From contig JAUFOR010000003.1 in the NCBI GenBank assembly GCA_040285745.1, positions 1,178,001-1,242,000 on the forward strand: a stretch of DNA of 64,000 nt. The letters run 5' to 3'. This stretch comes from Barthelona sp. PCE. Its lineage: Eukaryota. Shown here one piece after another: positions 50,801 to 59,774 of the stretch; within the stretch, counting starts at the first letter, position 1, and each line of letters starts with the position of its first letter. The translations under genes were made by a program, and so were the position numbers. The notes beneath the pieces are model-generated. The model did no database searches. It worked only from the letters and a program-made list of their open reading frames with translations, and was not told where the DNA came from.

Positions 50801-51876
50801 CTACCATAAGTTACCATTTCCTGGATGTCATCTTCATCGATCTGTTCATCCAGTTCCTCTTCATCACTTTCTATATCTTCCATAAAAAATTCGCTATCTT
50901 CAATATTCATTTCATATGAATATTTTTGTTGAAAAGGTGCAAGACTATCATCAACGCACTGGATCTTGTTGTCAACATCCTCTTGCTTACTCATCTTCTT
51001 CCTCTTAAAACAGTCAAAATAATGTAGTTTATCAACCGACAACACATTTTCTTCATTGATTATAAGCATCAATCGTGACCAGAAACTCTTGACTGTAGCG
51101 CTAAATTTAATACTCTTAATCAGGTGTATACGTTCTGTAGGTGATAATTCCATCGTCGAATTTACCAAATACAAGGATTCCATCTCTGTATGTAGTTGTT
51201 TAACCTTATATCTAAGCAAATCATGATTGGTCTTAATAAGCTTTTGAGCAAAGTTAACCTGCTTGAATAGACTTTGTTTAAATGTATAAACAGGAAAATC
51301 ATCATCATCATCGATATCATTTTGCATTTGATACATCTTCAAAACACTCTTTGGGTCCAAAATACTATTTTTGATAATAATACTGTCACAATCTTCCATG
51401 CCACTTGTTTGATAGTTTGAATGAGAATGTAATTCATTCAATTTCTCATCAATATCCTTCAAGGTGATTGATTTTTGAGGAATAATAACTTGTGAATGTT
51501 TCTTCTTATTGCTTGCAGATACGTGAGTTTTGTGTCCACTGAAGTGCTGAAAATCATGACTTGGAGTGGGAGTAGGTGTACGTGCAGAAACTTGAGATGG
51601 AACCATCAACATGTTGGGTTCGTTCGCTCCAAACTTGAAGTTGGGGTTGAATTGCTGGTATACGTTCTCCAGTTCTGGGGGTTCAGCCTTATAACCAGCA
51701 GCAAAATGAAACAAAACTTCGGTGGCAGTTTTTTTAGAACGTCTGTCAAGTGGATGGAATTCTCTGAGTACCTCAACATCGCGGGAATGAATGTCAACCC
51801 GGTTCCTTAAGTTCTCAATCTCCTTCTGGAGGTGCGAAGAGTTTAAATTTTTTCTATTTCGTCTTCCGCTTACCAT
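47863..51876 (-). CDS. SWR1/SRCAP/INO80-subfamily SNF2 protein with degenerate ATPase motifs
   Basis: HSA-like ATVKSFWSRLMLII. Split helicase core with EDSGKLSVLTSLI, LIDAFN...VLILNSR, TFIIFDCD and LYHIITPNTVEE. Confidence 0.7.
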   Translation of the reverse strand: MVSGRRNRKNLNSSHLQKEIENLRNRVDIHSRDVEVLREFHPLDRRSKKTATEVLFHFAAGYKAEPPELENVYQQFNPNFKFGANEPNMLMVPSQVSARTPTPTPSHDFQHFSGHKTHVSASNKKKHSQVIIPQKSITLKDIDEKLNELHSHSNYQTSGMEDCDSIIIKNSILDPKSVLKMYQMQNDIDDDDDFPVYTFKQSLFKQVNFAQKLIKTNHDLLRYKVKQLHTEMESLYLVNSTMELSPTERIHLIKSIKFSATVKSFWSRLMLIINEENVLSVDKLHYFDCFKRKKMSKQEDVDNKIQCVDDSLAPFQQKYSYEMNIEDSEFFMEDIESDEEELDEQIDEDDIQEMVTYGSKNTRTLRNEASLYYKNRLDAYQKEAQKAVHSCLSKKRKRQRLFTHSFNPAISFRHYQKKNAEKMNALLEIKWDSFKTEKIPLPIFVTEDEYLSKIGTVMCYLTYLFLNYDNQKIIVVANDLRLQKWIRHCIKFLPSIKMNVYSKTVVMEPFSKPSMILFDYFHFKLFSSSLLSSIGDLTVIVDVERITESDIECFCSSSIRKLLIESPRIVVGTNDSINIGQLSDPYYTFLCRLSFPLLPLHIEKASISLKRSMQQLVTELTIRNNAKTVANCLSLKHEFIALSPYTEQQGVDYRELLGQYGEMRFNDEFKWYNRIHECAAMSPSVFQRIREGSYFETILLRGVASGMWSASQALFFYDSWKRIPAVDTMQFRWLNEEFGFSTPDIHIPSCGIHSMMRTHVMSLDEAPVVSESIPLLDLADISFTRIVTLPYPGDKDTSTLDYVWGTTQQHKKYKLKTEDSGKLSVLTSLIDGALEKDGSTVVVTSFTDLVHPLAGYLTQNNYKAKGFSGNVKSDADFFKLTHLIDAFNNEDVDVLILNSRLNEIPIPVENVHTFIIFDCDLVPAGLQAMLHLQFKLISSSVTNLYHIITPNTVEEVCLQLSDLSEFFVPSSFKTNKLCSCGEQYSLLEDITVPSTDFQLNEYFGGSRISKDMYNDMLLLWNYNPSRSEFVNPAYYDMTRALTPTAQNIWMLFSRCSLHGFRATSNLFASLITQLLRRIIIPRITSLAKTDEQRLSEFLALQLVNPKLLARKGFITPEYIQRFGKVTNLTLLQHRITLDAITNKSEDAPFVLDHPLLSKTIGIQPRNKGKLIIGQNQLFERLHFKDRLSYDSRMVLNSHMYDKTIQLGAKINVVDGNKYPLSNHEMKVVRECISKYSNITRKNASLYLTNIINRQFGTKHYFSEVAEVKSNQQYEFKGHNMQQALDPFKSYIVPKFEPGYYIKNTAIVRSQLQQSNSLNLQAKENNDIEHKIMQLLEN

Positions 51877-52110
51877 TTAACTTAGGTTGGCCATTTAAAC
51901 AATAAAGTACAATAGTCCAAGGTAACAAATCCAAGGTGAATAGCTCGGAAGAGGAGAATAACAAAAGCTGATATCCTGTGTTTATTCGTTACACTTTATG
52001 TGTCTCAAGGCACGTAAAGTATTATTAAAGCCCGAATAATGATACTCTTTTAACTGAATATGCAATATGCATAGAAATTTTCTCCTTTTCTATTTTTCCA
52101 GCACTTTGAA

Positions 52111-52440
52111 ATGGCTCGTTCAGGTAAAAAGAAGTCCCACGGTTCTGTCAACCAACAGCTCTCTCTCGTTATGCGTTCCGGTAAAGCTTCACTTGGTATT
52201 CGTACCACTCTCCGTACCATCCGTCGTGGTCAGGCTAAGCTTACTCTCATCGCCAACAACACTCCTGCTTTAACCCGCTCACAGATTGAGTACTACTGTG
52301 CCCTCACCAACACTGGTGTTCTCCACTACAACGGTACTAACAACGATTTGGGTACTGCTTGCGGTAAGTTCTTCCGTGTTTCCGCTATGTCCATCACCAA
52401 CCCCGGTGATTCTGACATTGTTGAGAAGCACAGCGAGTAA
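52111..52440 (+). CDS. RPL30: 60S ribosomal protein L30 (eL30), intronless
   Basis: LSLVMRSGK...IANNTP...IEYY...YNGTNNDLGTACGKFFRV...PGDSDI. Confidence 0.97.
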   Translation: MARSGKKKSHGSVNQQLSLVMRSGKASLGIRTTLRTIRRGQAKLTLIANNTPALTRSQIEYYCALTNTGVLHYNGTNNDLGTACGKFFRVSAMSITNPGDSDIVEKHSE

Positions 52441-52560
52441 GGTTAGAGATTCACACAGAAGTACTGGTTTTTCTTATGGTTTCATTAGAAAATAAAAAGC
52501 GACCGTTTTAAACTGTCACAATACTCTAAAAATTAAAAAATCTGAAAAAAGAAAAATTTA

Positions 52561-53574
52561 TTATAAAAATCCGGTATTCATTGTCATATTTGATTGAAAT
52601 TGACTTTTGAACATTAATTCACCCGATTCATCATCGATAGGCAAACTATCTTCCCTAGATTGTGCCCGAACAGAATTAAAAGTTGGTAAAGTAAAACAAC
52701 TAGATGTACGTTTTGCTTGAGAGTGAATAATATTTGCCTGATCTGAGCTAACAGAATCATTACTTTTTGTTCTTAAAGGTTGAGAAAGATCAATGCAAAA
52801 CTCATTTGTTCTTTCAAAATAAAATACAGCAGTTTTCAATTGTTCCAAAAGGTGGAATTTTAACCGCACGTCCTCTATGAATTGAGGTGGTTCTAGTTTA
52901 GCGTTAATATTATATTTTGGACAGTATGTTTTCAATGAATTAAAAAAACATGCTAAGGTGTGTATATTTGAAAGAGTCACTAAATAGTAACCATTCGCAT
53001 CAGTACCCAGCTGAATTAATTCTAAAATCATTGAAATAAATGAAGTAAACATTTTTTTCTTTTGAAAACTATCCAGTTCATTGAGAACGTCTTTAACATA
53101 GTCAGGGACCTTCTCCATCAGCTCCTTATAACGCTGGAGGAGGATATATCGTTGGGAAAATAAATGAATATGTGGTAAAATTACGTCACTTTCCTTAATA
53201 ATATGTAAAACATTGTTTTCATCTTCTCGTAGAATTCCAACGCTAAAAAGTACCAGAATGATAGAGCAGAGCTTACGTCGCTCCACGAAATCACTGAATG
53301 GTTTGTACAGAGCGACTCTAGTACATGGCTTTTTAGATAAGTGCTTGAATATGTGATTAATCATACGGTTTACCAGTGTATCATCCGGTGGAGGGTTAAA
53401 TGCACGCTCCTTAAGCATGATTGCAGTCTCATCAATCGGAGGAAGCTTGAAATTGAGGGGTTTATATGTTATTGGTGGAGAATAAACCACTTCATTGAGC
53501 CCAAAAGATTGCCCATAAGGTCCCGGCGACGGTGTCATCGGCGGGGGCGGTGTATTTAGGGAGAACGCATTCAT
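52561..53574 (-). CDS. Hypothetical protein with a possible divergent E2F/DP-like winged helix
   Basis: 337-aa ORF; Pro-rich N-terminus with TP/SP sites; VERRKLCSIILVLFSVGILRE. Confidence 0.55.
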   Translation of the reverse strand: MNAFSLNTPPPPMTPSPGPYGQSFGLNEVVYSPPITYKPLNFKLPPIDETAIMLKERAFNPPPDDTLVNRMINHIFKHLSKKPCTRVALYKPFSDFVERRKLCSIILVLFSVGILREDENNVLHIIKESDVILPHIHLFSQRYILLQRYKELMEKVPDYVKDVLNELDSFQKKKMFTSFISMILELIQLGTDANGYYLVTLSNIHTLACFFNSLKTYCPKYNINAKLEPPQFIEDVRLKFHLLEQLKTAVFYFERTNEFCIDLSQPLRTKSNDSVSSDQANIIHSQAKRTSSCFTLPTFNSVRAQSREDSLPIDDESGELMFKSQFQSNMTMNTGFL

Positions 53575-53654
53575 TAATGTTGTAAGAAAAGCAATTCCAA
53601 GTTGCGATTATTTACAGAGTTATACGCTCCATCCAGAGCATATTTTTTGTGTGT

Positions 53655-53921
53655 TTAGTTGTTTACGTATGTTAAATATACATCATTATTTGAAGCAGGG
53701 TCTGTAGGTGCGCTTGGTGCTTGTTTCGTCTTCATCGGAATAGCAGGGTTATAGAGTTCTCCACCTATAGCTTGAGGATTCGCTACAACCTCAACAGGTG
53801 GCTTGGGCTCATCATTGGCAGACATCCTCTTTCTGACAGCTTTGCTTGTACAAGCCAGATATAAAGCTGCTGCAAGACATGCTATGATTACAAAAATGCC
53901 AACTGTTCGCCAAGCAGACAT
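53655..53921 (-). CDS. Small single-pass membrane protein (88 aa)
   Basis: ATG 53921; TM segment VGIFVIIACLAAALYLAC, then basic KAVRKR and a Pro-rich tail. Confidence 0.65.
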   Translation of the reverse strand: MSAWRTVGIFVIIACLAAALYLACTSKAVRKRMSANDEPKPPVEVVANPQAIGGELYNPAIPMKTKQAPSAPTDPASNNDVYLTYVNN

Positions 53922-53999
53922 AAAGTTTTTAAGATAAGGGTTTAAAAGTAGTTTCAAGTGTTTTTTGCAATTTCTTCTGTATTGCTAACATATTTTAAT

Positions 54000-56102
54000 A
54001 TGTCAGAACATGCATCGTCTCCGATAAAGACCGTAGGGCAACGAAAAAGAAGACGTAGGGCACGTGCGAAACTTACACAATTCTACCATGGTGAGGCGTC
54101 GACTGAGGATATGTTGAACATCGATGAAGCCACATTCGATCCCACGGTGTACCTTGAACACACGTTAAAGGGTAAGGGAGTCCGAGATTTGGTACCTTTG
54201 TATCATTCACTTGATCATAGCATTGTTACTCTTCAAACCGATCTGAAAACCCTTGTACACGATAACTTTGACAAGTTCCTTGAGGCATCAAAAGTTGTTG
54301 AGACTCTTCAAAGCGAGGTAAACATCATAGGAGCTGAAGCTAAAGATTTAATGAGTAATGTCGAGCATTTGGGCGAGCTGAGCATGCGAAAGAAAACCAG
54401 ATTCACCGATCGTGTGAGTGAGTACCGAAAGAACCTTGATCTACGCACATTTTTCATCAAATTCAAATACATTTTTGATTTCCCCTTAAAACTTAATCTT
54501 TTTATTGAACAAACGGCATACCATGATGCACTGAAATTGTGTCTTGAAATGAAAGACATTATAGCATTAAAGGAATTTGGTAATGTGAAGAAATCTGCCA
54601 TGCCAAGTATCACAAACTTAAAAAGAATTATTTTAGATCGACTTCAGACACAGAAGCTTAGTCATCCCGATGCGCTTGACCTGGCCACCGATTTATATCG
54701 ACTGGATGATGCCCAGGCTGCGGAAATTCAAGAATCTTGGAGAATTGGTCGAGAATCTTCATTGTCTTCACGATTATTATCAAATGATACTTTGGATAAG
54801 TATGATATGTGTGTTTCGTTTTATAATACATGTTATTTTGAGCATGTAATTGATTTAATGAACTTTGTTCCAACATTTTTCGAAATTGATGGAAAACTAG
54901 AATTAATAACAACAAAAGTTCGCTTTTTTTTTGAGTTAATCAGTACAAATTATGAAGTCACCGTTACCGACAATCCTATAGATATAGCTCACGGTCTTGT
55001 TTTAATTGGGAACTTATTAAACAGATTTCCTAAAGATTCAGCAGAGTTCATTCAACCAATATTTAAACAGTATGTGGATGAGACTGTGCGCAATCTTCTT
55101 TCGATCACGTTCCATAACTTTGACTTTGAGTTTGATCTGAACAGTATTGAAGGTGAGACGGTTAAGGATGTATGGAAGAAAGAGGCTGATCGTTTCTCTT
55201 TCACGGTCAAAAAGAACATCATGTATGTTCTACCAGTTATTTTTCTCAATATCCCAATGCTTGAAGATTGTGATTTGCGATCAGTTTATTCGAATGTTTT
55301 GTTAGGTCATACTTCATTTGTGCTCAACATGTTTCTATTTGATAAATCCGTAAAAGCTACCCCACTTTCTCAAGCGCGTCTCTTTCACACTTTTTCTGTC
55401 AGCGGATTATCGTATCTTGCTATGTTATTCAAGGAAGTATTTGGTGATGACTTTGAACAATTATTTAACGCTAAGCACTGGCAGACACTATTGGAGAATA
55501 GAATAGTTGAAATATTATCATCAGCTATTGAAGCACAACAGAAGAAAATCAAGAGATTCCTCAACAAATTCCACAGTGAAGTAAGTCAAGTAAGTGTTGG
55601 TTGTGAATTTATTTGTGATACATTGGGTGAGTGGATGTCAACAGTGACATCAGTACTCCCTATTAACCCCAGTTCAATAGTTTCAGAGAATGTTGGCTTT
55701 TACGAGTTGGATTTGCAGACATTAACCGAAGAGTTTGATGACTTTGAGTTTGATTTCAGTATTCAATCAACGGAGTACCTTAACATCTTACAAGCATATG
55801 ACAATCAGCCAATCAAACTTGATTCCAACTTGATAATTGAGAAAGTATTCTTTTACACGGTTAATGAGCTTTTAGAACGTGTCAGTGCATCAGGTGCTGA
55901 AACAGCCGATGGATTCTTAGTGAACATGCATTATTTAAGATTATCGAGCATATCTCTGTTACCCGATTCTATCATGACCATGCTGAACAAGTTTTATAAC
56001 ATGGTGATTGGAAAAATGCTTCTCAAAATAGATTACAATGGACTAAAGGATCTTATTACATCAACTGAAATTGAAGAAATTTGCGATTTGAAAAAAATGT
56101 AA
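54000..56102 (+). CDS. VPS51: GARP/EARP subunit Vps51 (Ang2)
   Basis: LTQFY, NIDEATFDPTVYL and LQTDLKTLVHDNFDKFLEAS match the Vps51 N-terminus (LKxYY, [25 protein letters not shown]). Confidence 0.85.
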   Translation: MSEHASSPIKTVGQRKRRRRARAKLTQFYHGEASTEDMLNIDEATFDPTVYLEHTLKGKGVRDLVPLYHSLDHSIVTLQTDLKTLVHDNFDKFLEASKVVETLQSEVNIIGAEAKDLMSNVEHLGELSMRKKTRFTDRVSEYRKNLDLRTFFIKFKYIFDFPLKLNLFIEQTAYHDALKLCLEMKDIIALKEFGNVKKSAMPSITNLKRIILDRLQTQKLSHPDALDLATDLYRLDDAQAAEIQESWRIGRESSLSSRLLSNDTLDKYDMCVSFYNTCYFEHVIDLMNFVPTFFEIDGKLELITTKVRFFFELISTNYEVTVTDNPIDIAHGLVLIGNLLNRFPKDSAEFIQPIFKQYVDETVRNLLSITFHNFDFEFDLNSIEGETVKDVWKKEADRFSFTVKKNIMYVLPVIFLNIPMLEDCDLRSVYSNVLLGHTSFVLNMFLFDKSVKATPLSQARLFHTFSVSGLSYLAMLFKEVFGDDFEQLFNAKHWQTLLENRIVEILSSAIEAQQKKIKRFLNKFHSEVSQVSVGCEFICDTLGEWMSTVTSVLPINPSSIVSENVGFYELDLQTLTEEFDDFEFDFSIQSTEYLNILQAYDNQPIKLDSNLIIEKVFFYTVNELLERVSASGAETADGFLVNMHYLRLSSISLLPDSIMTMLNKFYNMVIGKMLLKIDYNGLKDLITSTEIEEICDLKKM

Positions 56103-56105
56103 GAT

Positions 56106-57872
56106 TTATGATCGTCGATCCAGTTCCTCTATCAAAAATTTAGAAGCGTATGTCATGATATCGAAGCAGCTGTTTCTGTATAGTTCTACTTGAGCTTTTG
56201 TGGGCGGGTTTATGACTCTATAAATAGGAACATTGAATAGTATATCAAGAAAATAATGGATGTAGTAAGTGTAATTCTTTAGCAATAATCGTAGCGCACG
56301 GATAGTACCTGGCGTATCCCTTCTATAAGATCGATTCTGTCTAAATTCCTTTATCTTCTTTAGAAAATCATATATACTTGAAATAAAACCGAAATGTTCA
56401 CCAATATTAACAATTGTAGGTGCAAAATCTGCTATTTCAGGTGGTTCATCAACTTCTTCTTCCTCTTCTTCCTCTTCTTCACTATCATAATCATCATAAT
56501 CGTCATAAGGATCATACTCTGATTCTATATTGTTTTCTGCATCACTGATAACCTCTAGATCAACGAGTTTGTTTGGGGGACTATGTGATACGTCAATTAA
56601 TGAATCTAAGACCATATCGACATCTTTTAGAGCAGTTCTCGTTGGAGGAAGTGTGAATGATCTCATCAGGCGTGGGATTGGTAACCCAAATCGAGGATCC
56701 TTTCTTCTCTTAATATTAAGGCGTTTCACTGCAACGTCATCAACCTCTTTCTTCCTTCTGTTTTTGCATATCGAGCATTGGCACTGCCTATCTTTTGATC
56801 GATACCTGAGATGTTTCATCTTTGCTTGTGGCCGTTTAGAACACTTGAGCACTAAATGATAGAATTTCACAGCGAAACTTGCCAATAAACTAAATTCAAA
56901 GACAAAATCAACTAATGCATCGAGTTTATAGTACTTGTCAACCAAAGGGTAGTGTAAGACATGTAGAAATACGAGATTAAACACACGCTGGATACCTATC
57001 TTAGCAAAATCCATATCTCCATCACTATATTTGAAGAAGCTTTTCAATCCCTTCTTTGGACGTTTCAATAAAGTTTTATAAACTTGATATACCTTTTTTG
57101 ACACCTGAGCAACTGGTACAAAAAGTGGAATAGGCATATCTGTCTCAATAAATGCACCAATAAAACTGGTTTTTCTAGCAATTAAGTCCATTCGTTGCGG
57201 TTCTAATTCGTAAAAAGCACGCGTTAGCATCTCGTTAGCAAGCGTTGTGAGGCGCTCTTCATGATGTAAAGCAGCAATTTGCATAAAAGAATCTATAAGT
57301 TTTAATCTTGAATCTTCAATTTTTCCATGATGAAGATACAGAAAAACAAATTGACAGGGATGGTTCCAAAAACGGACTGGCTCACCTCCACTTCCATATC
57401 GAAGAGCATATACAAGAACTCGTAAGCATAAAAAAGGTATTCGAGGATCACGAAAATTCAATTGATTAGAAAAAACACCAATGAAGAAGCTTTCTGATGA
57501 AATAGGAAAAGGATCCAGGTTATCATAATTCTTATGCCCAGAAAAAACGCTTGCTAAAAGCTGAATTGCTGTTATACAATCTTTAGAGTCAAGGTAGGCC
57601 GTATCCGTATCGTTTGGGAATATGACTTTCCATACTTGATCCCTTAGGTGCTTGGCATGCTTGGTTTCAAAACGCGCGCAACTAAAACCGGCTTTAAATA
57701 GCTGATCTTGGTTTAGCCTCCCTATTTTATCCACTATCTCGACGCAGACTTGGTCATTTGTCATAAAAGGTGATAGTATTGGCCCAACAGAGAAATCAAA
57801 GATTTCTGCACGACTTGTAAGTGCAGGATCAGACAATAAATCGACACTAACGGGTTCTGGCTCAATGGTCAT
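56106..57872 (-). CDS. Hypothetical protein with an acidic tract
   Basis: 588-aa ORF; CQCSIC motif and a D/E run; family not recognised. Confidence 0.65.
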   Translation of the reverse strand: MTIEPEPVSVDLLSDPALTSRAEIFDFSVGPILSPFMTNDQVCVEIVDKIGRLNQDQLFKAGFSCARFETKHAKHLRDQVWKVIFPNDTDTAYLDSKDCITAIQLLASVFSGHKNYDNLDPFPISSESFFIGVFSNQLNFRDPRIPFLCLRVLVYALRYGSGGEPVRFWNHPCQFVFLYLHHGKIEDSRLKLIDSFMQIAALHHEERLTTLANEMLTRAFYELEPQRMDLIARKTSFIGAFIETDMPIPLFVPVAQVSKKVYQVYKTLLKRPKKGLKSFFKYSDGDMDFAKIGIQRVFNLVFLHVLHYPLVDKYYKLDALVDFVFEFSLLASFAVKFYHLVLKCSKRPQAKMKHLRYRSKDRQCQCSICKNRRKKEVDDVAVKRLNIKRRKDPRFGLPIPRLMRSFTLPPTRTALKDVDMVLDSLIDVSHSPPNKLVDLEVISDAENNIESEYDPYDDYDDYDSEEEEEEEEEVDEPPEIADFAPTIVNIGEHFGFISSIYDFLKKIKEFRQNRSYRRDTPGTIRALRLLLKNYTYYIHYFLDILFNVPIYRVINPPTKAQVELYRNSCFDIMTYASKFLIEELDRRS

Positions 57873-57992
57873 ATGTTTTCTAACACATTAGTAAACTATT
57901 TAATGTGGAATAGGATATAAAAATGTTAACATTTTCACAAATTCCAATCAATGTTTTGTTGAGAAAATAGTTTACTAGTTATTAACAAGGGT

Positions 57993-59774
57993 CTAAGCAT
58001 CATTAGTGCATTCATTTTCTGATTTTAAAACACTATCAGTAACGTCCACAACCTTGAATTCCTTTTCATCTTGAATAACAATGTGAATTTCTTCATCAAT
58101 TTTTTCCTTATCCTCTTCCTTATCCTCCTCAGGGTTACATGGATCACGTACCAATGCGGCAAAGATACTGGCAAAGAATAGCAGAACTGCACTAATCAGG
58201 AAAATAATGTTGAAACCAGTTCTGGTATTCAAACCGTTATCATCAGCAGTAGCAGAAAGAATACGTGAAGCAATAACAGGAGCAAGAGAAGCAAAAACAG
58301 AAGAAATAGTATGAATGGCAGCTAATGCAACAGTTTTTGCTTCAAAGTCAAATTGTTCAGTGATTTTTTGAGTTGTAGTAACAACAGCAATAGAAATAGA
58401 AACAAAGATGAAACCTAAGAATAGACCATAGATAAAGAGAACAAATCTAAAATGATTAACTGTCTTACACATTAAAAATCCAAAGTATGATAATGAACAA
58501 CCGAAAATACCACTAGCCATGGATGTCATGGGGTTCAGAGGACGATCCTTGCTCTTCATCATACGTGGAACTACTACAGCACCAATTGGTTGTAATATAA
58601 CATCAAATATGATTGTGAATGCAATTTCCGTTGTCGATGTAATGTTGAACAAATCATTCAACATGAGTGGAAACGCATATATGATATTGAACATACCAAG
58701 TGAGCAAATAGCAATGGCAACCGCTGTTGACATCAAGTTTCTGTTTTTGTAAAGCACTAGAGGGATGATGGGGAACTCTGCCTTTTTTTCGATTTTGTAA
58801 AATATATAAAACAGTAACACCGCGGCAACTAAAGTTAGATATATTAAAGGATGATCAAAAATATCAATAAAAACAGCAAAACCTGTGATTGAGATAAGAA
58901 TAAAGAATAAAGCACTGCCACCTGCAATATCCATGGTCACGCCATCGTTTTTAACAGGGACATGTTCGATGATGAGATAACAAGGTATTAAACAAATTAA
59001 TAATGAGATGCCAACTGAAACGAAACAAGTTCTCCAACCAGCAACATCAATAATAATACCACCAACGATAATACTAATGAAAATACCAACAGAAAATGTA
59101 ATCTCAAGGATACCCAAGACCATCTCAATTTTTGATTTGGGAAAGATAGAAACTGATATACTCATTAAAAGAACAAAAGAAGCAACGCCTACAGCTGATA
59201 ATGATCTAAAAATAATGACTAGAATTAGATTATCAAGGAATCCAGCTATAATATTAAATACTGCGTAGTAACCAAGTAGGAAAATTACACCTTCTTTCAA
59301 TCCTCCAATCTGTTCAAAATATGCACTAACAACTGTTTGGGTAGCTGCATTCACCATGAGGAACACAGCGAGGAGCAATGAGTATACAGTTGAGCTGTAA
59401 TTGGGAAAGTCTTCCTCAAATTTCGGGAGTGCAGGGGCTACACTGGTTTCTAGAGTCATCATACACAGACTGAGCAGGAGGAAAAGGCCTAAGATTAAGT
59501 AGTGCCTCCTCTCCAAGCCTTCTTCTGACTCAGCTTCTGACTCGTTATCAGAGTTGGTCAAAGTATTTGAAACTTTCGAAGTTGAATTTTCTGGTTTATG
59601 ATCCGACTCTACATCAGAGGTTGTTGCTTGTGCATTACTCATCACATTTGAATCAGTAGTCTCTGCTTCTAAATCAGAGTTATGTTGTTCTGTATCTATA
59701 GTATCTTCAGTAAGTGTACTGTGGTCAACCACAGTAGGAGGTTCGTCAGAAACACCGAACTGTTCTATGCTCAT
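57993..59774 (-). CDS. MFS transporter, DHA2/EmrB-like (about 14 TM segments)
   Basis: LETSVAPALP, IFRSLSAVG, GGIIIDVAGWR, DIAG and EKKAEFPIIPLVLYKNRN. Confidence 0.88.
   Translation of the reverse strand: MSIEQFGVSDEPPTVVDHSTLTEDTIDTEQHNSDLEAETTDSNVMSNAQATTSDVESDHKPENSTSKVSNTLTNSDNESEAESEEGLERRHYLILGLFLLLSLCMMTLETSVAPALPKFEEDFPNYSSTVYSLLLAVFLMVNAATQTVVSAYFEQIGGLKEGVIFLLGYYAVFNIIAGFLDNLILVIIFRSLSAVGVASFVLLMSISVSIFPKSKIEMVLGILEITFSVGIFISIIVGGIIIDVAGWRTCFVSVGISLLICLIPCYLIIEHVPVKNDGVTMDIAGGSALFFILISITGFAVFIDIFDHPLIYLTLVAAVLLFYIFYKIEKKAEFPIIPLVLYKNRNLMSTAVAIAICSLGMFNIIYAFPLMLNDLFNITSTTEIAFTIIFDVILQPIGAVVVPRMMKSKDRPLNPMTSMASGIFGCSLSYFGFLMCKTVNHFRFVLFIYGLFLGFIFVSISIAVVTTTQKITEQFDFEAKTVALAAIHTISSVFASLAPVIASRILSATADDNGLNTRTGFNIIFLISAVLLFFASIFAALVRDPCNPEEDKEEDKEKIDEEIHIVIQDEKEFKVVDVTDSVLKSENECTNDA

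Noticed and set aside
57879-57891. Branch/acceptor-like TCTAACACATTAG on plus
   Set aside because: Antisense to both flanking genes with no downstream exon, so no support for trans-splicing.
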